From NCBI GenBank assembly GCA_938038815.1, contig CALHTF010000008.1, positions 24,296 through 88,295 on the forward strand: a stretch of 64,000 bases of DNA. Direction: 5' to 3'. The position numbers and the translations under genes were made by a program. The notes beneath the pieces are model-generated. The model saw nothing but the letters and a program-made list of their open reading frames with translations. It was not told where the DNA came from and did not search any database. This DNA comes from an uncultured Acidimicrobiales bacterium (lineage in GTDB: Bacteria; Actinomycetota; Acidimicrobiia; Acidimicrobiales; SHLQ01). Below are positions 55,733-64,000 of the stretch, one piece after another. Every line of letters begins with the position of its first letter. The stretch's first letter is position 1.

Positions 55733-58621
55733 GTGACTAACCCAACCAAACCAGCCCCCGATCCGGCCTTCGAAGCAGCCTTGAGCGACCCGCCTTTCGC
55801 CGCCCGCCACATCGGTCCCGATCCGAGCGAGCAACAAGCGATGCTCGACACGATCGGTAGCGAGAACCTCGATGCGCTGTTGGCCGAGACCATCCCGCAC
55901 TCGATCCTCACCACGGCGCCCCTCGACCTTGCTGGGCCGCTTAGCGAAACCCAGGCTCTAGCCCGGCTGCAGGAGTTCGCCGCCCAAAACACCGAAGTCG
56001 TTTCGCTCATCGGCACCGGCTACTACGGGACCGTGACGCCGGGGGTCATCAAGCGCAACGTGCTCGAGAATCCTGCGTGGTACACCGCCTACACGCCCTA
56101 CCAACCCGAGATCAGCCAGGGCCGGCTGGAGGCGTTGCTGAACTTCCAGACGATGGTGTCGGACCTCACGGGAGTCGAAATTGCCAACGCGTCGATGCTC
56201 GATGAGGCCACCGCGGCCGCCGAGGCCATGACCCTGCTGCACCGGGCGAGCAAGACCAAACGATCCACCTTCCGGGTCGACCATGCCTGCCATCCACAGA
56301 CGATCGCCGTTATCGAGACACGCGCCGTTCCCCTCGGTATTGCCGTGGAGGTCACCGACCGCAATGCCCCGCTGTCCGACGACGTGTTCGGCGTCTTGAT
56401 CCAATACCCGGGAACCACCGGCGAGGTTGTCGACCTCGAACCGTTGGTCGCCGCGGCCCACGATGGTGGCGCCTTGGTGGCGGTCGCCGCCGACATTTTG
56501 GCCCTAGTGCTGTTGCCGTCGCCCGGTTCGGTCGGCGCCGACGTTGTGGTGGGGTCCACCCAACGTTTTGGCGTGCCGCTGGGGTACGGGGGTCCGCACG
56601 CCGGCTACCTGGCTGCGCGCGAAAGTTTCAAACGATCGTTGCCTGGCCGGCTGGTGGGTGTATCGGTCGACGCTCACGAACGGCCTGCGCTTCGCCTCGC
56701 CCTGCAAACCCGCGAGCAACACATTCGCCGTGAGAAAGCGACGAGCAATATCTGTACCGCTCAGGTACTCCTCGCCAATATCTCGGGCATGTACGCGACC
56801 TACCACGGGCCGGGCGGGTTGCGCCGAATCGCCCAACGGGTGCACCGTTTGGCCGCCACCCTGGGGCACGGGTTGCGAGCCGAAGGCATCGAACTGGAGC
56901 ATGACCTGTTCTTCGACACGGTGGTCGCCCGCGCCCCCGGAACGGCGGCCTCGGTGGTCGAAGCAGCACTCGCCGCCGGTATCAACCTGCGCCTCATCGA
57001 CGATGATCGGGTCGGCATTTCGTTCGACGAAACGTCGGAGGTCGAAACCCTCCACAAGGTGCTCGGTGCGTTTGGCGCGAACCCACTCGACCCCGAGCCA
57101 GCGTTCGACGTGTTGACCCACGACCAGTACCGGACCGACGAGATTCTCGATCACGAGGTGTTCCACCGCTACCGGAGCGAGACCGAGATGCTGCGGTATC
57201 TGCGCAAGCTCGCCGACAAAGACATCGCCCTCGACCGGGCCATGATTCCGTTGGGTTCGTGCACGATGAAGCTCAACGCCACGACCGAGATGGAGCCGAT
57301 CACCTGGCCCGAGTTCGCCAACATTCACCCGTTCGCCCCGATCGACCAGGCCGAGGGGTACCAGAACCTCATCGGCGAACTCGAAGCCATGCTGGTTGAG
57401 ATCACCGGGTACGACGCCGTATCGCTCCAACCCAACGCCGGATCTCAGGGCGAGTTTGCTGGGCTTCTCGCTATTCGGGCCTACCACCACGCCAACGGCG
57501 ACGAACAACGCCATATATGTCTCATACCCGCCTCGGCTCATGGCACGAATGCCGCCAGCGCCGTGATGGCCGGCATGAAGGTCGTGGTCGTGGCATGTGA
57601 CGACGAAGGCAACGTCGATATGGGCGACTTGAAAAACAAGGTCGTCGAGTCGGGCGACGACCTGTCGGCGGTCATGGTGACCTACCCATCGACCCACGGT
57701 GTGTTCGAAACCTCGATCCGCCAGATCTGCGACCTGGTCCATGAGTACGGCGGTCAGGTGTACCTCGATGGCGCCAACCTCAACGCCATGGTCGGCACCG
57801 CCAAGCCCGGCCAGTTTGGCGCCGACGTCTCGCACCTCAACCTGCACAAAACGTTCTGTATCCCCCACGGCGGCGGCGGACCCGGTGTTGGGCCTATCGG
57901 CGTGGGGGCCCACCTCGCGCCGTTCCTGCCCGACCATCCGTTCTTCAGCGAGGCTGGTCCAGACGTAGGACCCGAGGTTGGATGCGGCACGATCTCGGCC
58001 GCACCGTGGGGGTCGGCGGGAATCTTGCCGATCTCGTGGACCTACATCGCGCTGATGGGAGCCTCGGGGCTTCGCCAGGCGACCGAAGCAGCGATCTTGT
58101 CGGCCAATTACATCGCCACCCGCCTCGAACCGCACTTTCCGGTGTTGTACCGCGGCGAAAACGGACGAGTAGCCCACGAGTGCATCGTCGACCTGCGCCC
58201 CATCAAAGACGAGACCGGCGTAAGCGTCGACGATGTCGCCAAGCGACTCATCGACTACGGATTCCACGCCCCAACAATGTCGTTCCCGGTGGCGGGAACG
58301 CTGATGATCGAGCCGACCGAGTCCGAGTCCCGCGAGGAGGTCGACCGATTCTGCGATGCCATGATCGCCATCGGCACCGAGATCGCCAAGGTGCGCAACG
58401 GGGAATGGTCGAGCGACGATAACCCGTTGGTCAACGCCCCGCACACCGCCGAGGACCTGTTGGTCGAGGACTGGACCGCCGGCTACTCACGCGAAACCGC
58501 CGCGTATCCGGTCCCCGGGCTGCGCCACAACAAATATTGGCCGCCGGTCAGCCGCATCGACAACGCCCACGGCGACAAGAACTTGGTTTGCAGCTGCCCA
58601 CCGATGAGCGAGTACGAATAG
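55733..58621 (+). CDS. gcvP: Glycine dehydrogenase (decarboxylating), single-chain P protein
   Basis: It is full-length GcvP-like, with N-terminus FAARHIGPD and the PLP-lysine motif [20 protein letters not shown] chose GTG 55733 (GGAG 12 nt upstream), because the listed 1033-aa ORF start lies inside the riboswitch. Confidence 0.93.
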   Translation: MTNPTKPAPDPAFEAALSDPPFAARHIGPDPSEQQAMLDTIGSENLDALLAETIPHSILTTAPLDLAGPLSETQALARLQEFAAQNTEVVSLIGTGYYGTVTPGVIKRNVLENPAWYTAYTPYQPEISQGRLEALLNFQTMVSDLTGVEIANASMLDEATAAAEAMTLLHRASKTKRSTFRVDHACHPQTIAVIETRAVPLGIAVEVTDRNAPLSDDVFGVLIQYPGTTGEVVDLEPLVAAAHDGGALVAVAADILALVLLPSPGSVGADVVVGSTQRFGVPLGYGGPHAGYLAARESFKRSLPGRLVGVSVDAHERPALRLALQTREQHIRREKATSNICTAQVLLANISGMYATYHGPGGLRRIAQRVHRLAATLGHGLRAEGIELEHDLFFDTVVARAPGTAASVVEAALAAGINLRLIDDDRVGISFDETSEVETLHKVLGAFGANPLDPEPAFDVLTHDQYRTDEILDHEVFHRYRSETEMLRYLRKLADKDIALDRAMIPLGSCTMKLNATTEMEPITWPEFANIHPFAPIDQAEGYQNLIGELEAMLVEITGYDAVSLQPNAGSQGEFAGLLAIRAYHHANGDEQRHICLIPASAHGTNAASAVMAGMKVVVVACDDEGNVDMGDLKNKVVESGDDLSAVMVTYPSTHGVFETSIRQICDLVHEYGGQVYLDGANLNAMVGTAKPGQFGADVSHLNLHKTFCIPHGGGGPGVGPIGVGAHLAPFLPDHPFFSEAGPDVGPEVGCGTISAAPWGSAGILPISWTYIALMGASGLRQATEAAILSANYIATRLEPHFPVLYRGENGRVAHECIVDLRPIKDETGVSVDDVAKRLIDYGFHAPTMSFPVAGTLMIEPTESESREEVDRFCDAMIAIGTEIAKVRNGEWSSDDNPLVNAPHTAEDLLVEDWTAGYSRETAAYPVPGLRHNKYWPPVSRIDNAHGDKNLVCSCPPMSEYE

Positions 58622-58705
58622 CTCGTCGACGAGCGCATTTGTGCCCTTCTGGGGTGGGTGAATTGGGGCTATAGGTCCTGGTGAAATCTGCCGATCACTA
58701 CGGGT

Positions 58706-59545
58706 ATGGACAATGCCCGCGCCAAATCGGTCGAAGCCTTGGAAGAGGCCGCGAACACCACACCGGCGATGACCTTTGACGAGCCAGCCGAGACGCATGT
58801 CTTTGGCTGCCGTCTGCACGCCATCGACGAACCGACGATGTTCGGCATGATCGAGCGGTCGGTCGATACGAACGAGCGGATCATCGTGGCCAGCCAAAAC
58901 ATGCACGGTGTCCACACCCATCTCACCGACCCGGCGTTCCGCATGCTTCACGACGCGCCGGAAACGCGGGTCCACATCGACGGCACTCCTCTGGTGTGGC
59001 TCTCGCAGCTAAAGGGCGACGACGTCGGTTACGAACACCGCACCGGCTGCATCGACTGGGTCCCCGAACTGTTTGCTCTGGCTGCCAAGCGGTCGTGGCG
59101 CATCTACCACCTCGGTTCAACCGATGAGGCGCTCGACGCTGGCCTGGCCCAAATTCGAGCAACCCACCCCAACTTGTTGATCGAAGGCCGCAACGGGTTC
59201 TTTGACGCCGATCCGTCGAGTGCGGAGAACCGCGAAGTGGTGGAAAAGATCAACGCCGCCGACCCCGACATCTTGTTGGTTGGCATGGGAATGGGTCGTC
59301 AAGAGCAGTGGATCCTGCAGAACAAGGAGCGGCTGAACGTTCCGGTCATCATCACGACCGGCGCCATGATCAAGCTGCTCGCCGGCGAACTCAACATGGC
59401 ACCCCGCTGGCTGGGCCCGCTCGGCCTCGAATGGGTGTTCCGTCTCTACGACAACTTCGGCGAGACGGCCCAGCGGTACCTGGTCGAGCCGTTCCACATC
59501 TTGTTCAACGCCTCAAAGCGCAACCTGAAGAACCGGTCGAAGTAA
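58706..59545 (+). CDS. WecB/TagA/CpsF-family glycosyltransferase
   Basis: It has a family-typical core (VNMHGV-like QNMHGVH, LLVGMGMGRQEQWI, PRWLGPLGLEWVFRL). Confidence 0.8.
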   Translation: MDNARAKSVEALEEAANTTPAMTFDEPAETHVFGCRLHAIDEPTMFGMIERSVDTNERIIVASQNMHGVHTHLTDPAFRMLHDAPETRVHIDGTPLVWLSQLKGDDVGYEHRTGCIDWVPELFALAAKRSWRIYHLGSTDEALDAGLAQIRATHPNLLIEGRNGFFDADPSSAENREVVEKINAADPDILLVGMGMGRQEQWILQNKERLNVPVIITTGAMIKLLAGELNMAPRWLGPLGLEWVFRLYDNFGETAQRYLVEPFHILFNASKRNLKNRSK

Positions 59546-60324
59546 TGGGGCGGATCATCGTTTCCGCCGACGACTTCGGGTTCGACGAAGACACCACCGC
59601 CGCCACGATCGAATCGTTTGAGTCCGGCGTACTCAAGAACGCATCGCTCATGGCGAACATGGACGCCACCAAACTGGCCGCCGATTACGCCGCCGACAAT
59701 CCACAGTTCAGCTGGGGTGTGCATCTCACGTTCACTCGCGACACGACCGAAGAGCCGGTACTCCCCTCGGCCGACGTACCGTCGCTGATCGGTCCCGAGG
59801 GCATGTTCCTTGAGGGGCGCGCCGCCCAAATCAAGGCATTGGCCGGCCGATTCCCGGTCGAGGAGATCGCCCAGGAGATGTCGGCCCAAATCGGCCGGCT
59901 TCGCGACCTCGGCGTCAAGGTCGACTACGTCGATAGCCACAAGCACCTGCACAAGTTTCCAAACTTTTCCAAAGCGTTGGTGCGGGTACTTCCCACGTTC
60001 GGCATTTCGCTTGTCCGCAACGTACAGAACGTGTTTGTGCCCGCCCCGAGCAAGACCCGCCCGACCGTGTTGCTCGGTGGCGCGCTGCGGCGTCCGTTGG
60101 TCGCCCGCTGGCGCACCACCGACCAGTTCTTCATGGGTGACGGCGACACCTCGTTTGACTGGTGGGACAAGGTGCCGCTGCCCAGCGGCGGTCGAGTGCT
60201 CGAAGTCGGTGGCCATCCCGGGACCAACGAGCCGTGGCGGGCCCACGAGGCCGAGCAGTTGGCGAAGTTTGTCAACCGGGCCGCGGGTGAGGGTGCGCAG
60301 CTCATTCGCTGGCGCGACCTGTAA
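59545..60324 (+). CDS. YdjC/ChbG/HpnK-family carbohydrate deacetylase
   Basis: It has the N-terminal motif IIVSADDFG and HxH-type region VDSHKHLH. ATG 59545 shares one base with the upstream TAA (TAATG). Confidence 0.8.
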   Translation: MGRIIVSADDFGFDEDTTAATIESFESGVLKNASLMANMDATKLAADYAADNPQFSWGVHLTFTRDTTEEPVLPSADVPSLIGPEGMFLEGRAAQIKALAGRFPVEEIAQEMSAQIGRLRDLGVKVDYVDSHKHLHKFPNFSKALVRVLPTFGISLVRNVQNVFVPAPSKTRPTVLLGGALRRPLVARWRTTDQFFMGDGDTSFDWWDKVPLPSGGRVLEVGGHPGTNEPWRAHEAEQLAKFVNRAAGEGAQLIRWRDL

Positions 60325-60378
60325 CCAGGCGCAACCCAAAACCGGCGGCCGGCGATCGCGGCGACGTAGAGTCGCGCC

Positions 60379-61254
60379 ATGGCAACCTTTTCGATCGCAT
60401 ACCTCGGGCTCGGCGTTATGGGCTACCCGATGGCCGGACACCTCGCGGCTGCGGGCCACGACGTCACCGTGTGGAATCGCACCGCGGCCAAAGCCGAAGC
60501 CTGGGTTGGTGAGCATGGTGGTCAACTCGCTCCCACGCCTGCCGCCGCCGCGGACGGCGCAGACTTCGTGTTTTTGATTCTCGGCGACGACGCCAGCGTT
60601 CGGTCGGTGGCCTACGGCGACGACGGGGTCCTCGCCACGATGAGGCCCGGCGCAGTGCTTGTCGATCACACCACCGCGTCGGCCGAACTGGCGCTCGAAC
60701 TTTGGTCCGCAGCGGCCGAAAAGCAGGTGGGCTTTCTCGACGCTCCGGTGTCGGGTGGCGAGGCGGGAGCGCAAAACGGCGTGCTAACGGTCATGTGTGG
60801 AGGCGACCCCGAGCACTTTGGCGCCGCGCAACCGGTGATCGATACCTATGCCCGCGCGACCACGCTGTTGGGGCCCGCCAGCAGTGGCCAGCTGACCAAG
60901 ATGGTCAACCAGATCTCGATCGCCGGAGCGATCCAAGCGCTGAGCGAGGCGATCAACTTCGCCGGGCGCGCCGGGCTCGATGTCGACCAGGTGGTCGATG
61001 TGATCTCCAAGGGCGCAGCCGGTTCGTGGCAACTCGAGAACCGCGGCAAGACAATGGCGGCCGACGAGTTCGACTTTGGCTTCGCGATCGAGCACATGCG
61101 AAAGGACCTCGGGATCGCCATCGCCGAAGCAAAGCGCCGCGGCGCCGACGTAACGATCACCGAACAAGTCGATGGCTACTACGAAGAGGTCATGGCGATG
61201 GGCGGCACCCGCTGGGATACCTCGGCCCTGATTCGCCGCATCAACGGCCACTAG
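60379..61254 (+). CDS. NAD(P)-dependent beta-hydroxyacid dehydrogenase (3-hydroxyisobutyrate dehydrogenase family)
   Basis: It has the Rossmann motif IAYLGLGVMGYPMAGHL, LDAPVSGG, and a catalytic Lys region (GQLTKMVNQ). Confidence 0.85.
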   Translation: MATFSIAYLGLGVMGYPMAGHLAAAGHDVTVWNRTAAKAEAWVGEHGGQLAPTPAAAADGADFVFLILGDDASVRSVAYGDDGVLATMRPGAVLVDHTTASAELALELWSAAAEKQVGFLDAPVSGGEAGAQNGVLTVMCGGDPEHFGAAQPVIDTYARATTLLGPASSGQLTKMVNQISIAGAIQALSEAINFAGRAGLDVDQVVDVISKGAAGSWQLENRGKTMAADEFDFGFAIEHMRKDLGIAIAEAKRRGADVTITEQVDGYYEEVMAMGGTRWDTSALIRRINGH

Positions 61255-61306
61255 GCAACCAGAGCGTTCGGGTACATAGGGCTGACGACACCGGTACATT
61301 CGAAGG

Positions 61307-62671
61307 GTGGAAAACTATGACCTGCTCATCATCGGCACCGGCTCGGGTAACTCGATCCTGACCCCCGACTTCGACAATTCGCGCGTCGCGCTCGTCGAAA
61401 AGGGAGTCTTTGGCGGAACGTGCCTCAACGTCGGATGTATCCCTTCGAAAATGTTCGTGTACACGGGCGACATGGCCGAGCACGCTCGCACCAACGACAA
61501 GTTCGGCATAACCACCAGCTTCGACGGCGTCGACTGGCCCGCGATTCGCGACCGCGTGTTTGGGCGCATCGACCCGATCGCCGCCGGGGGCGAGAACTAC
61601 CGCACCAACGAGAACGATCACGTCACGGTCTACAAGGGCGAAGGCACCTTCACCGGACCGAAGCAACTCGAGGTAAACGGCGAGACCATCACCGCCGACC
61701 ACATCGTTCTGGCCGCCGGCGCCCGAAGCTTTACCCCCGACATCGCCGGCTTGGCCGAGGTGGGTTTCCACACGTCCGACACCATCATGCGAATCGATGC
61801 TCTCCCCAAGCGCCTGACCGTGTTGGGTGGCGGCTACATCGCATCGGAACTCGGGCACGTGTTTGGCAGCCTCGGGGTCGACCTGACCATCATCAACCGC
61901 AGCGGGCGCCTGTTGCGGAACGAAGATAGCGACGTGTCGGACCGCTTCACCGAAATCTACCAACGCCGGTTCAACGTGTTGTTGAACACCACGGTGTCAC
62001 AGGTCAGCCAAGATGACGGCGGGCCAATAACGATGAACCTGGAGGTCGATGGCGAGGCTCAAGTTCACGAGACCGACATGATCCTGGTCGCCACCGGCCG
62101 TATCCCGAACGCCGACACGCTCGGTGTCGCGGCGTGCGGGGTCGAAGTCAACGACTCCGGTTACGTCATCACCGACGACCACGGCCGTACCAATGTTGAC
62201 GGGGTCTGGGCGCTCGGCGACATCACCACCGCGCTGCAACTCAAGCATTCGGCGAATCACGAGGCCAAGATCGTCGCCCACAACATCGCCCATCCCGACG
62301 ATCTGCGTAGCCGCGACCTGTCGCTCGTACCCCATGCGGTGTTCGGCCACCCGCAGGTGGCGGCGGTCGGCAAAACCGAGGCCCAACTCATCGCTGATGG
62401 CACCCCGTACGTGTCGAAGCTGCAGAACTACGGCGACACCGCATATGGATGGGCCATGGAAGACACCGAGAGCTTTTGCAAGCTGCTCGCCCACGCCGAA
62501 ACCCGGCAGCTGCTCGGCGCTCACCTGCTCGGCCCGCAGGCGTCATCGCTGATTCAACAACTCATCCAAGGCATGCGATTTGGTCAAACCGTCGACGAGA
62601 TGGCGACCGGCCAGATGTACATCCACCCGGCACTGAGCGAAGTTGTCGAGAACGCCCTGCTCGGGCTGTAG
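61307..62671 (+). CDS. mtr: Mycothione reductase-type pyridine nucleotide-disulfide oxidoreductase
   Basis: The N-terminus YDLLIIGTGSGNSIL is characteristic of mycothione reductases. It has the redox disulfide GGTCLNVGCIPSK and the C-terminal dimerisation/His-Glu region HPALSEVVENALL. Confidence 0.75.
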   Translation: MENYDLLIIGTGSGNSILTPDFDNSRVALVEKGVFGGTCLNVGCIPSKMFVYTGDMAEHARTNDKFGITTSFDGVDWPAIRDRVFGRIDPIAAGGENYRTNENDHVTVYKGEGTFTGPKQLEVNGETITADHIVLAAGARSFTPDIAGLAEVGFHTSDTIMRIDALPKRLTVLGGGYIASELGHVFGSLGVDLTIINRSGRLLRNEDSDVSDRFTEIYQRRFNVLLNTTVSQVSQDDGGPITMNLEVDGEAQVHETDMILVATGRIPNADTLGVAACGVEVNDSGYVITDDHGRTNVDGVWALGDITTALQLKHSANHEAKIVAHNIAHPDDLRSRDLSLVPHAVFGHPQVAAVGKTEAQLIADGTPYVSKLQNYGDTAYGWAMEDTESFCKLLAHAETRQLLGAHLLGPQASSLIQQLIQGMRFGQTVDEMATGQMYIHPALSEVVENALLGL

Positions 62672-62728
62672 CGGTTGTGGATCTCGACGCACTGGGAAGC
62701 GCGGCCGGTCTTCTGACACAATCCCTGC

Positions 62729-63631
62729 ATGAGTAACGACATCATCGCCACCCCACGAGATCTTGCGGGAAAGGTCGCCGTGATCACCGGCGGGGCCTCC
62801 GGCATGGGCAAGGCGTTCGCCCAACGTTTCGGGGCGGCCGGTATGAAGCTGGTGCTCGGCGATATCGAAGAGCCCGTGCTGGCCGAAACGGTTACCGAAC
62901 TCACCGCGTTGGGGCATGAGGTTGTCGCCCAACGGACCGATGTCTCAGACAAAGCGTCGGTGGAGTCGCTCGCCGAGTTTGCTCGCACCTCGTTCGGCGA
63001 ACCGTACCTGGTTGCACTCAATGCTGGAGTGGCGGGCGGCAGCGGCCGCATGGACGAACTGTCGACCAAGGACTGGGAGTGGACCCTCGGGGTCAATCTG
63101 TGGGGAATCATCCATGGCATCTCGGCGTTCCTGCCCGGACTCAAGGCAGCAAACGAGGGCCATGTGCTGATCACCGCGTCGATCGCTGGTCATCTGTGCA
63201 TCCCGAGCATGGGCCCGTATAACGTCACCAAACATGCGGCGGTCAGTATCGCCGAGACCATGTCGAACGAGCTGCGCGAAGACGGCGTTGGGGTCGGGGT
63301 GACCTGTTTATGTCCGGGCCTCGTGCTCACCGGAATCTTTCAGTCCGATCGCAACCGTCCCGAGACGCTCACCGATCCCGGGATCGCCGACGAGCCGCTC
63401 AGTCCCGAGGACGAGGAGCGACGAGCCGCCCTGTTCGAAATCCTCCTGGCCAACGGCAAAGCCCCCGAACATGTAGCCGAACTGGTACACGATGCGGTCC
63501 GCGACAACACGTTTTGGGTCTTCACCGATAGCGACTTCGACGACGCGATGGCGGATCGTCGCAACCGGATCCACGAACGCCAAATGCCCCACTCGAGCGC
63601 AAACCTTCTCGCCATCTATGAAGACGACTGA
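62729..63631 (+). CDS. Short-chain dehydrogenase/reductase (SDR)
   Basis: It has TGGASGMGKA cofactor motif and the ASIAG...YNVTK catalytic elements. Confidence 0.85.
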   Translation: MSNDIIATPRDLAGKVAVITGGASGMGKAFAQRFGAAGMKLVLGDIEEPVLAETVTELTALGHEVVAQRTDVSDKASVESLAEFARTSFGEPYLVALNAGVAGGSGRMDELSTKDWEWTLGVNLWGIIHGISAFLPGLKAANEGHVLITASIAGHLCIPSMGPYNVTKHAAVSIAETMSNELREDGVGVGVTCLCPGLVLTGIFQSDRNRPETLTDPGIADEPLSPEDEERRAALFEILLANGKAPEHVAELVHDAVRDNTFWVFTDSDFDDAMADRRNRIHERQMPHSSANLLAIYEDD

Positions 63632-64000
63632 GCCTTCCGCGCCCTCGAAGACCTCGTGTGTGGTCTTCGCCGGCGGCACCGGAAACCGATTCGGCGGGCA
63701 AAAACAATTCGAGATGTTGGGCACCGAACGAGCGGTGGACCGGGTGGTCCGCACCGCGCTCGCCACCTGTGATCACGTCGTTCTTGTGTTGCCCGTCGGC
63801 CACGAATGGACCGGAGCCGAGGTCGACGTGGTGGTCGAAGGTGGCAACTCCCACGCCGAGTCGGTACGCAATGGCGTGGATCATGTACCAGCCGAGGCCG
63901 CCATCATCTTGCTGGCCGCGGCGTCGCACCCATTGGCCAGCGCAGCGCTCTTCGATGCGACGATCGAGGCGGTGCGAGCCGGAGCCGATGCCGCAGTCCC
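63618..64000 (+). CDS. ispD: 2-C-methyl-D-erythritol 4-phosphate cytidylyltransferase (IspD), 3' end outside the window
   Basis: My own translation from ATG 63618 is MKTTEPSAPSKTSCVVFAGGTGNRFGGQKQFEMLG...VEGGNSHAESVRNG...LAAASHP. It carries the IspD motifs A-G-G-x-G-x-R and KQF. It overlaps the SDR stop by 14 nt. The ORF is absent from the supplied track because it has no stop in the window. Confidence 0.75.
   Translation, partial: MKTTEPSAPSKTSCVVFAGGTGNRFGGQKQFEMLGTERAVDRVVRTALATCDHVVLVLPVGHEWTGAEVDVVVEGGNSHAESVRNGVDHVPAEAAIILLAAASHPLASAALFDATIEAVRAGADAAV

Noticed and set aside
56504-58444. 646-aa ORF antisense to gcvP. Similar long antisense or out-of-frame ORFs were also seen: 10114..11349, 20144..21466, 22406..23665, 27082..28215, 37870..39102, 54387..55643, 59446..60774, 3764..4483, 4245..4979, 37164..38306 and 40..800.
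   Set aside because: Their translations are Arg/Gly/Pro/Val-rich with no recognisable motifs. The opposite or alternative frame carries unmistakable family signatures, such as the PLP-Lys motif, Walker motifs and H-box. Long shadow ORFs like these are expected in high-GC DNA.
61271-61299. Direct repeat GGTACAT x2, spaced 22 nt, upstream of mtr
   Set aside because: A 7-nt word repeated once in a 50-nt spacer is within chance expectation. No further symmetry or extension supports an operator.
1-64000. Search by eye for tRNA, rRNA, CRISPR, IS elements, integrases and prophage genes
   Set aside because: None was found. Intergenic spacers are short, mostly under 150 nt, and the few longer ones are accounted for by promoters, the riboswitch or the elements reported above. 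A tRNAscan/Infernal run would be the decisive check.

Overview
Densely packed, high-GC chromosomal window. It is probably from an actinobacterium: it has a mycothione-reductase-type gene, a SenX3/RegX3-like Pho module and many GTG starts with 4-nt gene overlaps. An Acidimicrobiia-like origin is only my guess. All calls come from reading the ORF translations and DNA by eye, with no searches run.

I support about 55 CDS, one tandem glycine riboswitch, a phased PHO-box array and one strong intercistronic hairpin. I found no rRNA, tRNA, CRISPR array, transposase or integrase.

Gene order:
- APH-like kinase, methyltransferase and YjbR-like gene.
- An RTX-repeat secreted protein, a hydrolase, a Cys-rich acidic ORF and an EamA transporter.
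- An N-methyl-amine-type catabolic island: StcD-like flavoprotein, MSOX-like oxidase, 2OG oxygenase and a five-component family-5 ABC importer.
- An orphan Fic gene, then a GAF-PAS-GGDEF-EAL protein.
- A PLC-like/DUF3089 fusion exoenzyme.
- A compact pstSCAB / PhoU-kinase fusion / response regulator operon.
- Envelope genes: NamZ-like, beta-helix, DUF533, proline-rich membrane protein, OmpA-like, SurE, DUF3048.
- An SGNH hydrolase, S8-RTX peptidase, MBOAT and YihY group.
- Lipid and CoA metabolism: crotonases, SCP-x-type thiolase, DUF35.
- A conserved hypothetical plus a wHTH-AAA+ ATPase.
- Glycine riboswitch-gcvP, TagA-like and YdjC-like genes, dehydrogenases, mtr, and the 5' part of ispD.

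Best leads:
1. PhoU is covalently fused to a membrane-less PhoR-type kinase inside the pst operon, next to an RDD-like::PstC fusion.
2. A PLC-like::DUF3089 double-lipase fusion ends 3 nt before the PHO boxes.
3. A low-GC, GT-rich spacer holds an ATGA-coupled 31-codon CC-x-CC mini-ORF.
4. A twice-repeated WIPGVGYVD motif is kept at the protein level but diverged at synonymous sites.
5. An orphan wHTH-AAA+ ATPase pair has no assignable function.

The many long antisense ORFs are high-GC shadow frames and were rejected.
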